A stretch of DNA of 48,877 bases from Welwitschia mirabilis (lineage: Eukaryota), in NCBI GenBank assembly GCA_051453625.1, contig JBOZIK010000001.1:28035670-28084546 (forward strand). The letters are read 5' to 3'. Shown in pieces: positions 1-11,180 of this stretch; positions within the stretch are counted from its first letter, which is position 1, and each line of letters starts with the position of its first letter. The translations under genes and the position numbers were made by a program. The notes under the pieces are model-generated. The model was not told where the DNA came from and made no database searches. It worked only from the letters and a program-made list of their open reading frames with translations.

Positions 1-337
1 TTCCATTTAAGCATAGAGTTATACATGATTTGTTCTTTACATCTTTTATAAAAATGAGGTTCATTCCACTCATAGTCACTGATCCTATGAAGAAAATATT
101 TGCATTAGTTATAGTTCCAATGATGAGGTGTTTTTATAATAACAAGTTAGTTCATAATGTTAGCATACTAAGGAGGGGGATGAGTAGAAGAGATGGCATA
201 AAGATGGTCAATAGCAAATATTTATTCATTTGGATATGAGTCATTTATGGGAATTTCATCATGAGAACAAGAAACTTAAGATAGATGATCTATAATGCTA
301 TTATGTTTTCCATCCTTATCAATGATGGTGAGTTTAA
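1..337 (-). pseudogene. pol remnant of A (RNase H/integrase junction region)
   Basis: Co-linear with the paralogous pol at 31318-31620 and 23730-24050. It resumes at 4111 after the CACTA insertion. Confidence 0.8.
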
Positions 338-640
338 TACTACAAGAAATATAGTCTTTTAAGGCATTTTTAATATGCCTTAAAAGGCCTTAAAAAACAT
401 CTTAAATGCTTTTAAGATGTTTCTTCACAAAATGCCTTATATAGCATCACCTTAAAGGCCTATGTGCTTTTAAGGTGTTTTTAAGGTATTTAAATAAAAA
501 TGTCTTAAAGGGATTTTGAGCCCTTTTTTTCTAGTAAGTGCCTCAAAAGCCTAAAATGACCTTTTAAGGAATTTTACTAAATAAACTCCTCAAAATCCTT
601 TTAAGGCATTTTATCAATTAAATGCCTCAAAAGGTTTAAC
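338..640. repeat. CACTA left TIR and subterminal repeats (TTTTAAGGCATTT / AAATGCCTTAAAA, both orientations)
   Basis: Many degenerate copies, e.g. ttttaaggcattt at about 357 and 599, and aatgcctcaaaa at about 621. Such repeats are typical of CACTA subtermini. Confidence 0.85.
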
Positions 641-1973
641 TTAGAAAATAAAAATTACATAAAATTCTACAGTCTCTCATCTTCTACTTTACCTTCTTTC
701 TCAATGTTTATATCATCATCATTAAAAAAGTCCATTAAATATTCAAACTTACTCAATAGACTATTTGAAGATTCATAAATTTTAGATCTCTTCAGATGTA
801 GATAATCGACTGAATGGAATCAAGGTATCTTAAATAAACTAAATGATGTCAATGAAATAAATTCAATGAAAACTCTAATATATCTTAAATAATGGGTTTT
901 AAAATTTTTATATTTTATTTTTTAACAGTGCTCAACAAATTTTGATTTGTAGTATTTTATTATTTGTCACTGTTCAGTGAAACCAAATGATCATGAAATG
1001 TAATAGGTAATGACGAAAATATTAACCTCAGCATTCCTAATATTCTTATCTTTAATCCAAATTAGCATATAAAATGTTAAATTAAAATAGTATCTCAAGT
1101 CATACTGATAACTAGATAAATAAAATATAATGGTGCAAATTTATAATATGATGATACCTCTTCAAGCTAATGGAAGGCATCATACATACCTCTAAATATT
1201 TTTGAGAAAATTGCATACTAAATCTAAGTACCCATAAAATAGACCTAAATGAAGAAGTTGATCATAATATTATTTGAGAGACCCATTCATATGAAGATAG
1301 TATTATCTATTAGCTAGGCCAAGAAAAATCAGATATGATAGGATGGTAAAGTAGCAATCTAATATTATTAGAATCCAGAGAGAAATCAATTCATCAATGT
1401 ATCAATTAAAGACCAAAAAAATAAGCAGCATGAAATGATATGCAAGACTATAGATTACTAAAGATTTGAATCTATTAAGAAACTCAAGATAAAAAAGCCC
1501 TAGGAATCCTAACTAGCTAAACAAAAACTACAATTTAAGATAGTGCATACATCAAGACAAAATCCTACAGAGGATGAAAATTCTTAAGTTGCTTAAAAAG
1601 AAACAATTGATCATTAGAAGATAATAGTCAAATATAAGATAAAAATTAAATAAAAATGCATTCCTAATGGAATATTCTTTAGAAGTTAAAACAAATAGGC
1701 ATCTATCTAAACTCAAAGATTGAAGACAGTTTTACAATGAAATGTTAAAGAACCAACAAAGTAAATATTCATACATATATTGTATATGATACTGAACACC
1801 TTTTGAAATGTCTCAGCTTGCTATAGTTTAAAGATTATAGTTATCATTATTATTGAAAGAAATAAACCACATGGTTAAAGAAAAATTTACAACTAGAACA
1901 GTGTAAACATGTCAGAGATAAGAAATTCTATTCATAGTGTAAGAAATTTCTTTGGCCTTCGTTTGATCTTCCT

Positions 1974-2370
1974 TGAAGCCCTAGGCCTCTTGTTGCTACA
2001 AGAAGAACATTTGTACTATGTGATATGTCCTACTCGAGTAGGTGTAATTTTTACACATTTTCCATGAAACCATTTTTCACAAATATCACAGCATATCCAA
2101 AACTCATCAGAATCATAATTTTTATCACAAGCACCATACAATGTATTATCATGCTTATCATCTTCCTCTTTAACTACTGAATCATCTTCATCTTTAAGAG
2201 GTGGCAACTTCGGTGTTTTAGCTTGTGATTCAAAAGCTCATAACCCAAATTTGTTCTTGCTACTATTGTTATTAGCAATAGATGACTTTTTCTTTGATTG
2301 TTTCTTTGCAACACCAATCATGATCTCAAAAATAGTTGAAAGGTCATTAATCATGTTAAAGAGCTGCCTC
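1974..2370 (-). pseudogene. Captured 3' fragment of an Alfin-like (AL) PHD-finger gene
   Basis: One frame reads RQLFNMINDLSTIFEIMIGVAKKQSKKKSS...[23 protein letters not shown]...[54 protein letters not shown]. This matches the AL family ([69 protein letters not shown]). Stops at 2238-2240 and 2016-2018, first PHD Cys changed to Tyr, N-terminus missing. Confidence 0.93.
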
Positions 2371-2693
2371 ATGTAATAGTAAGAGGTCATTTAATAAATA
2401 GTAAATGAACTTACACAAACTATACTTTAGAAATAAAAAAAATGCTATCTTAAAAATTTATAATAGTAAGTTAACTTTTATCCTTAAGCATTAATGAGAA
2501 GAGAGGAAATCCTAAAAGACGAGGAAAATACATAGTGAATCATTGGAAATGGCAGCAAATATTTATATTTTGGAATGTCCTCATTATGCTAACTTAAGTT
2601 TCATTATTTCCTTTTGACATCAGAATCTAAATTCAATNNNNNNNNNNGGAAATAATTCACATAAAATCATTTAACGTGAGAAGATGAACTTAC

Positions 2694-3621
2694 ACCAATC
2701 CATAATAGTTCTCAATAGAATGTCTTAGAAATTGTTGAAAAACATGGAGTACATAGTAAGAAGATCCTAGAAGCAGAAAAATAAAATAAAAGAATTTGAA
2801 TGATAAAATAGCTTAAATAGAAGAAATAGTAATTGTGGTTGGTCTTATACATACATACTTCTAAATTCATAGTATTACAGAAAAGACTGAAAATAAAATA
2901 ATATAAGTATCCTAAAGATGAAAAACAAGTGCTGAAATGAAGGTGAAACATATTATTATGAAAAGCAATGGAGATTAAAGATCTCACTTAAAATCATAGA
3001 AATATTTAAGAGATATAGGTAAATCATTCACAAGCGAAGGAGTCCAAGAATAAAACCCTAAAAATGAGGAATAAAGTGATAACACTACATCTCAAATAAA
3101 AAAACACGAAAAAATAACCTGAATAACATAACAGCCGATGAAATTATGAAGATTCATGAGGACAATTAAGCATAGATCATGAATCTTCTCAATGATACTC
3201 TTTTACAGTTTTTTGTAGATGCTAGATAATCTCTATTTCCATTAAATCTATTGAAATGAAATGAAATACAATAAAAAACCCCTCCTCATTTTTAATTAAT
3301 AGTGCATACCAATTCCTAAAAACCATCAAGGCTTCTGAAATACACTCTCCAAGTTCTGGTCTTTATATGCTAATGGGGTGGACCCATCCATCTCCTTTCA
3401 AGAGCTTGGTTTAGACTCCTTTTTAATTTTTAAACATGTTTAGAGGTAGGTACCTTTATTTTTTTTAAATATTTTCTGATAAAACTTGATATTTAATAAA
3501 ATAAACAAAAGAACAATGTCACATTAACAAAAAAAAAACCTTAAAAAGAAAACATCCTAGAGATGCTAAGCAACTATCTCAAACTCTAAATCAACAATGA
3601 GTTGAAGGAAGCTGCGAAGAC
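2694..3621 (-). pseudogene. Candidate second captured gene fragment: four exon-like blocks (3540-3621, 3310-3475, 3119-3247, 2694-2766), product unidentified
   Basis: Each block is preceded on the minus strand by a T-rich tract and YAG (ATGTAG, TATCAG, CAATAG, TTCTAG) and followed by GT (GTTTTT, GTATGC, GTTATT, GTAAGT). Implied introns are 64, 62 and 352 bp. All three joined frames contain stops. Confidence 0.4.
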
Positions 3622-3839
3622 CTACATTTATATAAGTTAAGTAAAGAATGAATCAAGCCTTCAAAGGAATGAAACAAAGCAAATAAAAAAAATAGATAAC
3701 ATCTTTAATAGATCCTTTATTTAAAGAGAATAATTGACTCATTGAAGCAATCATGCCAAATTTTGAAATGCCTCTATGTGCAAGGTTTTATTTTTAGGAA
3801 TGGGCAGAAATTCTTTGTAAAAGTAAACCAAGAATTCAC

Positions 3840-4107
3840 GGCATTTGTTAATTAAACACCTTCAAAGAGGTAGGCTTCTATGGCATTTTTTTAATTAAAC
3901 ACTCTAAAAGGTCAAAAGCATTAATGCATTTTTTATAAATGCCTTCAAAATCTTCAACAAGGGCTTTTAAGGCATTTATTTTAAAAAATGCTTTAAAAAG
4001 ATTATAATTTTTTTCCAAAGGTTTTTATTGAAATGAATGCCTTAAAATTTCCAATAAATAATGCATTTATTTAAATAAACACTTAAAAGCCTCTATTTCT
4101 TATAGTG
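3840..4107. repeat. CACTA right subterminal repeats and TIR
   Basis: Copies such as aaatgccttcaaaa (~3937), cttttaaggcattt (~3964) and aatgccttaaaa (~4036), ending ...ATTTCTTATAGTG. Confidence 0.85.
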
Positions 4108-4110
4108 TAA

Positions 4111-7100
4111 ATGCTTACATGAGAAGCATCCATCTAATAAGTCTAGCATTAGAATCTTTCTTAGTCATAAGATAGCATATTACTACATGACCTATGTAAA
4201 CATTAATGTGGAAGCCAATAAGATAATGTTAAATATAATCAAGGTAAAAGATAATGAAATGCATTTTCTGTTTAGTAATAATGTAGTTGGATTGAGCTTT
4301 GGATAAAGTTTTACTAAGATAGGATAAAACTTTAAAACTAATTTCATATTTTTATCTAAGAAAACCATCCATAGCAATGTTGCTTACACCACACATGATT
4401 TCAAAATCTTTAGTCTAATCGGGACTAATGACAATAGGTTTAGAATAAATGTTTTCCTTAAGTGTATCAAATCCAAGTTAACATGAATTAGTCTAATCAA
4501 TTTTAGTATCTTTTTCGAGTAATGAGTAAAGGGATTTACAAACCTTAACATAATCATGAATAAAACAATAATAGAAACTAGCATAATCAAGGTATGATTT
4601 AATTTATTTAACATTAGTTAAAGGGCTAAGGTTTTTAGTGATATTAACTTTTGTAGGATTCATCTTAATCCCTTCCTTCAAACTATGATGACTTGAAATA
4701 ATTTCATAACGACAAGGAGAAAACATTTTTTCCAACTCAAATGTAGACCACTATCTATACATCAATCCAAGACTTTCTTTAATCTTTCTATGATTTTTTT
4801 AAATGTTTCATCAAATATGGAGAAGTTATCGATAAATATTTTAATAGAATCCTTTATTATATTAAAAAATATCCTCATCATTACTTTTTGAAAAGTTCTT
4901 GTAGTATTTTAAAGTATAAAAGACATTCGTCTAAAGATAAAGATTCCAAAGGATGAGGTAAAGATTGTTTTAGCTTGGTCTTTACTTACTACAAAAACTT
5001 GATTATAGCTACTATACCCATCAATAAAATAATATTAGACATAACCTTAAATTCTATCAAGCACTTGATCAAGAAAGGATGAAAGGCAATGATCCTTTTT
5101 AGTAACCTTACTAAGTTTTCTAAAATTAATGCACATCTTCCATTTCCATATTTTTCTAGAAATACTATCAAAGGGCTAATCCACTCACTATTGGATATAG
5201 CATAGATGAACCCAACATCCATAAGTTTAATAATTTCATCTTTAACTACTTGCTTAAGAATTAAGTTGAGCCTTCATTAGGGTTGCCTAATAGGTTTAGT
5301 ATTATCCTTAAGGTAAATTTTCTATTGGACTATGGAAAGTAGGATGGTAACTAAGTATTTATGAGTCTAATAAAAGGAATCTCTTTAGAAGTTTAGAGTG
5401 AGATCAAGTTAGATTCTTGCTGAAGAATAATAAGATCACTTGTTATTAAAGGATTCTTTAAATTATTAGATAGGAAAATATATTTTAGACCTTTGGGCAA
5501 CTCCTTTAGTTCTAAGTTATAATTTTTAACTATCATCCTATTTATCATGGAAATGATGGACATGAGATGACACTCTTTAAAAAGTTTTCCTTATTGAGAG
5601 AATATGTTGGGTTTCCTTGAAAGATTTCTCATTCTCATATTTAAGACAATGTATTTCGGTCAAGTCATCATATCAAGTTGATTCCTGTAGGATTATCAAT
5701 CTCTCCTCAATTGAATAATGTTGTAAAAACAAGGTTGATTTAAGTTATTCTTCTAAGTTAAACTCATCTTTTGTTTCTTTTTTAGTAGCATCAAAAACTC
5801 AAATGACAAACTTTTTATTGCCTTGATGACATTCCATCATTCCAATTCATTTATCAATGANNNNNNNNNNNNNNNNNNNNNNNNNNNNNNNNNNNNNNNN
5901 NNNNNNNNNNNNNNNNNNNNNNNNNNNNNNNNNNNNNNNNNNNNNNNNNNNNNNNNNNNNTTGCCTTGATGACATTCCATCATTCCAATTCATTTATCAA
6001 TGATATAAGGGTTAGTTACACAAAAGGCTCTTTCTAAGAGTAGTGGATAACCTCCATCATATTCTATCTTAATTATGACTATATCTATGAGATAAAAAGC
6101 TTCCTCTATTTGAATGACTAAGTCCTTGATAATCCGTAAGGCTTTCTTCATTGAAGTATTAGCCAATTCTAAGATAATTCATGTAGGTTCTATTCTATTT
6201 TCCAACCTAAGTCTTTCACATATGTGAATAGGCATGTTGTTTACACTAGCTCCTATGTAAATTAAAGCCTTTTGAATTATTTTATTTCTTTTTAAAGTAA
6301 TGCTCACTGTTGCTGCCTCAGGGTCTTTAAATTTAGAATACTTTTTCATGGCTAAGTTGAAAATAGATTAAGCAAGAAAAAGTTTTCTTAGATTGATACA
6401 TTTTTATTTTCTTCTTACTACATCTTTTCATAACTTAGAATATTTAGGATTTTTTTGCAAGTATTTCCAAAAAGATAAGTTGTTGTTTATCTCTTGCATT
6501 AAGGTTTTCAATTTCTCATCATAAGTAGGATTTGTGTTTAACCTATCAAGCTAAGGAGTAAATATTTTCTTTCCTTTATTTTCTTGTGAATAATTTTTAG
6601 TGGTGGTTTTAACATATGATGTTGATGGCAAGTTATATGAGTCCAAAATTTCTACATTATCTTCTTTATTACTTTATTCATTATTTTTAGAAGTTGAAAC
6701 CTGATTAGTATGAGGTGTTATATCATTTTTACTTCTCATTACTACTTTTAAATCTCTCTTGAATTCATTGGATTGGGTAAAGGTTGAAATGTAAGAGACC
6801 CTTATGGTCTTTGATTTGTGAGCATTGTTTGTCAAAGCAAATTCACTAAGTTTTCACTATTACTATTAGTCATTTCTTACATCTTCTTCAATTCTTCTAT
6901 GGAATCTCTAAGTGATCATTTTGATTTGGTTGAAAATTGAGGTTATTTAGTTGGAAGTTTAAATTTCTAAGTATATTCTTAAAAGGTTTCCATTGTGATT
7001 TTCCACCTAATCTTTGTTGAAATTATTATTGGATTTTAAAGTTAGGTATTCTTTAGTTAAATGCAACACATACCTGCTCAAATATCTTCTCTTTATAAGT

Positions 7101-7900
7101 TGATAATAAGGGACACTTTTTAGTTAGATAAGATATGTATTCACAAATATTACATATTGAAGTTGTTTTTTTCATTTTTTAGTCATTTGAATCAACTATC
7201 AATTGAGTTTACTTCTTTAAAGTGGTATTGAAATCCTTTATTAAGTTGGTTGAATTACCTCGTTCTTATTCTTTCTCATGTTTTACTTCTTTTAAATCTT
7301 TTATGATTTGGCCTATAGTTTAATTTTCCTTAGTGGATTATGGCTAAGTTTGACTTAGTTCTATTAGATTTTCAAGACATTACATGCATCCTGTAAACTA
7401 AGTTAATTAAGTTACCATCACAAGAAAAGTCTACAAGTTATTTATTTTGACTACTCAATCCACTGTATAAATAAGAGACTAATTTGTCTTTACAGAATTC
7501 ATTAATAGGATTAGAATGGATATCTATGATAAAACACTCATATGTTTTGGCATAATCCTCATGTGGTTGTTGCTAAAAGTTGATAACTTCCTTTTTTCTT
7601 TTTCTCATGTTACTTTCACTCAAAAATATTTTAATAAAGACTTATTGTACTTGACTCCATAATTTAGGACTCTTATGTGAAATGGTTTTAAGCCAAAGTT
7701 TTACCTTTTCTCTAAGTGTGACTGAAAAATAATCATGTAACTATGATCATTAATGTATTTCTTATCATTTCCTAAGATAATCATAAATTATTTAATATCA
7801 ACTAGATGTTGAAAATATAAGATAGGCATTAAAATTTCTTAATTCTACATCATTACTAGCAAGTAAATTCAAAGTATTTTGGATTTTACATTTTTTATTA
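4111..7900 (-). pseudogene. gag-PR-RT-RNase H remnant of element A
   Basis: RT motifs IYAISNSEWISPLIV (ORF 4989-5222) and IFIDNFSIF (~4815-4840), protease ALIYIGASVNNMP (~6232-6270), gag region ~7400-7900. Many stops and frameshifts. Confidence 0.85.
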
Positions 7901-8594
7901 GTAATTAACTCTCTAAGATTAACATTTGAATTCAAACTAGAAGTTCCTATCATTATTGATGTATTAAATGAAGTAATTTATTTTTGGTTTTGTGAGGATG
8001 TCAACATAGATGAAGAAGAAATGATGCAATCTACTTCTATCCTATAATTTTAACAACTTTCTTTTACAGAATCTGACTTTAAAATAATAAAAGAAAAAAA
8101 TATTCTTTTTTAATTATTAGAATTTGCATGCCTAGAATGTGCATACCTAGATTTTTATTAAAGTCAAATAATCATTTTCTAATATTTTTTCAATCAAGTT
8201 CCACTCTCTCTGATATTTCATTTTTCTACCAGAATTCATCATGTCCATGCATATCTTAGATATCAAACAAAAACTGAAATAAAAAATAACTAAAAATCAT
8301 CCACCTTTTCATGGGGACAATAAAGAAGAGCATTGTAATCTTTTATTACTACTACTAACAAAAAGAAAATTTATGAAAGAAAATTTAAATTCAAAAATAT
8401 AAATTATAATTTTCAATGTTATGGGGATGATTGAAAGGATGACAGTGAATTTTAAAACTACAAAAAATAAAAAATTTCTGAAATAAACCTGCTAACTACA
8501 ATAAAAAAATATAGTACTATTTTAAATAAATAACCTAAACTAAAATTCAAGGTACTTATCTAGATAGTGACAATCCTCTAACTCCTTATGGCAT

Positions 8595-8611
8595 TTCTCA
8601 GTAATGATCCA
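8595..8611 (-). promoter_or_regulatory. Degenerate PBS of A (tRNA-Asp type, Athila-like)
   Basis: ttctcagtaatgatcca resembles the reverse complement of TGGCGCCGTTGCCGGGGA, differing mostly by transitions, 4 nt from the LTR start. Equivalent sites lie at ~29575-29592 and ~37734-37751. Confidence 0.6.
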
Positions 8612-8615
8612 AAAA

Positions 8616-9000
8616 TGTGGTAGTGTGAATTTATGCAATATTTATGTCCTTAAGAAAAACCTATAAATCACAATACTTTTAGAAGACACATACTAATATA
8701 AACAGAAGTTAATTCAAATGTCATAATCTATTGAAGCCATTAGGATAGAAGTTAGAAATTTTACAAAGTATTTTTTTCTTTCCATTTTAGTAAATAACAA
8801 TGAACAATAATGCAAATAAAATGTAAGATGAATGATGGTAAAATGCAATGGATGCAATGCAATTATAATGAGTTCTATTCGGATTTCAATCCGCCTATCA
8901 CAAGAATTAGCTCTTTATAATTAAAATCAATTAGAAAAAGTTCATCACTTATTCTTAAACAACATGAACTATAACATATGCCAAAAAGAATATGGGTAAT
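8616..9000 (-). repeat. 5' LTR of A, left part (interrupted by B)
   Basis: Starts TGTGGTAGTG (compare TGTTGCAGTG at 37755) and is homologous to the first ~385 bp of the intact LTRs. It continues at 39017. Confidence 0.8.
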
Positions 9001-9934
9001 TATTTTAGTGTGAATTTGTGCAATCTTTAAGTTTTTTAGGTGAACTTATAAATCACAATACTTGCATAAAATACACATTAGTATAGATGGGAGATAACCT
9101 AAATATCATAATTCATTGAAGGCACTAAGCTTAGAGTTATAAAATTGATTTCACAAAGAGTATTTTTGGTCATTTATCTTTTAATAAATTAATGTAAACA
9201 AATATAAAAATATAATGCAATAATGAATGAAGATGAAATGTAATAAATAACATGTGAAGGAGATGAGTTATATTTGGATCCTAATTCTTCTATCATAATA
9301 ACTATCTCTCTATAATTCAAATCAATTAAGAAGATTTCATTGCTTATTGCTAACCAATGCAAACTATGAAATATCCCAAATAGAATATATAATGTAAAAG
9401 TGAAGAAAAGTAAGGGTATTTATAGTTTTACATTGAAGTTCTAGAAGTTCAATCATAGAAGTTAGAGAAGAAACCCTAGTATCCCAAATGTGTCACATGA
9501 CCTCATTACAAAGATAAATCTTTCCATTCATAGAAAAATAGATGTCATCTTGACTATTATGAAGATTAACATGAGGACGTTACCTCATGTTAAAAGGTAC
9601 TTCATCAGCTTTAGGTCCCATGGTTAGATTCATAACCTTCATCCATGTCAGTAGTGCTATCATCTTACTTGTCATGGGGATGACAGAGGGGATGATAGGA
9701 TTCTTCATCTTCAATCTTAAAAGTAAATCAATCCTCTATGTAGTACATCCTTCTTCCAAACTATGAAGTGTCATAGTAAGCCTGAGAAGCTTCCAAATAT
9801 GCTAAGAATCACATGTTTTAGTGATCATCCTATTAGTTCCCTATAATCATTAATATTGCATCTAAGCCTATATAAAAGTTTTGTAAAGCCACTTAAAATA
9901 CACCATCAAATTTCTACAAATTGGCATTGCAACA
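9001..9934 (-). repeat. 3' LTR of B (about 320-bp internal deletion near 9395)
   Basis: Ends ...GGCATTGCAACA and is followed by tagcctcatacttag (reverse complement of a decayed Athila-type CTAAGTGTGGGGG PPT). Length 934 bp versus 1257 bp for its partner. Confidence 0.8.
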
Positions 9935-10142
9935 TAGCCTCATACTTAGCCTTATCAATCCCTAATAAAGTAAGTGATCAACTATATTATGAGCTAATAT
10001 GACTAAGATAAATAGAAACTAGAAAAATGTAAATTGAGTTCAATTTAATCATGTAGAAATAGATATTTTAAACTAATTAACTAGGACTTATACTACCATA
10101 TTCATAAGCCTTCTATTTAAGCACATTATTATAGAATGAATA

Positions 10143-10560
10143 TGTAACATCCAATAATTTCTAATGTTGAAAAAAATCAAATCTTCCTTTTAATTCTTAG
10201 CTCTGATACTAAAATGTAAGACCCTAAATTTTATAGTTGAAACTTTAAGACTTACTTTATTACTTTGATACAAAAATGTGAAACCCTAAATTTCATAGTT
10301 GAAACTTCAAGACTTACTTTATTGCTCTGATACCAAAATGAAACATCCTGAAATTTACATCTTTAAAAATCTTCAAACTTACTAAATAGCTCTGATACTA
10401 AAATGTAATGACTTAAAATTCTACCATTTTAAAACTTGCTTTGAAGCTCTGATACCAAAATGTAAGGGCCTAAAAATTTTACCATTGAAAAATCAAACAC
10501 GCTCTAATACCAAAATGTAATGCCCCAAAGTCTGATAGTTGAAAAAAAAATTGAACTTAC
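10143..10560 (-). repeat. Tandem array of LTR-terminus + tRNA-iMet PBS units (6 PBS, 7 att-like termini)
   Basis: GCTCTGATACCA-like motifs (reverse complement TGGTATCAGAGC) at 10200, 10262, 10324, 10389, 10446 and 10501, each followed by AAA and TG(T)AA..CC. PBS-to-PBS periods are 62, 62, 65, 57 and 55 bp. Confidence 0.92.
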
Positions 10561-10744
10561 AAATGGTATTCAAAATATAAAACCTCTCGATATAATTAAA
10601 TCAAAAGCTAAAAGTCTTAATATTAGCCTTATATAATCATATAAGTTGCATTTTAATTTAATCATTAAATAAAATTACTTAAGTTATTTAGACTATTAAA
10701 TGTTATTCATTCATTAAATGGCACTAGTGATTTAAAACATTTGC

Positions 10745-11180
10745 AAATGATAAAATAGAATGTGTTTTTGATTGAAAACATCTCATTTTTACCTTAAAGG
10801 GCATGGATTAAACTTAGATCCATGAAACAATGTTTTGGAAGTTACATTCGAGCCTTTTTTACATTTTTAAAGAAAATAAGAATTTAAAACAGTAAACCAA
10901 AATGTTGGAAAATGATAAAACGGACTACATTTTTGACTGGAAACACCTAGGTTTTACCCTTAAGAGTATGGATTAAGCTTAGATCTATGAACATATATTT
11001 TAAAAGTTATTTTCAAGCTTTTTTTAGATTTTTAAAGAAAATAAGAATTTGAAATAGTAAACGAACATTGGAAAATGATAAAATAGACTATGTTTTTGAC
11101 TGGAAATACCTAGGTTTTACCCTAAAGGGTACAGATTAAGCTCATTTTTGTAAAAAATACGATTTAAAAGTTACATTTGA
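10745..11180. repeat. About 165-bp tandem repeat (roughly 2.7 copies) in the LTR of E
   Basis: The unit aaatgataaaa(c/t)(a/g)ga...tttttga(c/t)tg...ttttaccctaaaggg...ggattaagct starts at 10745, 10910 and 11073. Confidence 0.85.

Larger units (their letters stand above)
338..4107. mobile_element. Non-autonomous CACTA (En/Spm) DNA transposon carrying captured host gene fragments
   Basis: Left terminal inverted repeat (TIR) TACTACAAGAAATATAGTCTTTTAAG versus reverse complement of the right end CACTATAAGAAATAGAGGCTTTTAAG (22/26 match). 3-bp TSD TAA at 335-337 and 4108-4110. Removing the element restores pol (gagtttaaatgcttacatgagaag, compare aagattgaattcttacatgagaag at 39904). No transposase was recognised. 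Confidence 0.92.

Noticed and set aside
2016-2207. Functional stand-alone 63-aa PHD protein
   Set aside because: It starts at TTG, lacks the first Cys, stops before the final Cys pair and lies inside a CACTA element.
5819-6002. Direct repeat flanking gap 5861-5960
   Set aside because: Identical ~42 bp on both sides of a 100-N gap, i.e. an unmerged contig overlap.
10200-10512. tRNA-Met genes
   Set aside because: Only the 12 nt corresponding to the tRNA 3' end (including CCA) are present, with no cloverleaf.
10143-10560. CRISPR array (repeat-spacer appearance)
   Set aside because: The repeat is a retrotransposon PBS plus LTR terminus in plant nuclear DNA. Repeats are degenerate, spacers are partly homologous and no cas genes are present.
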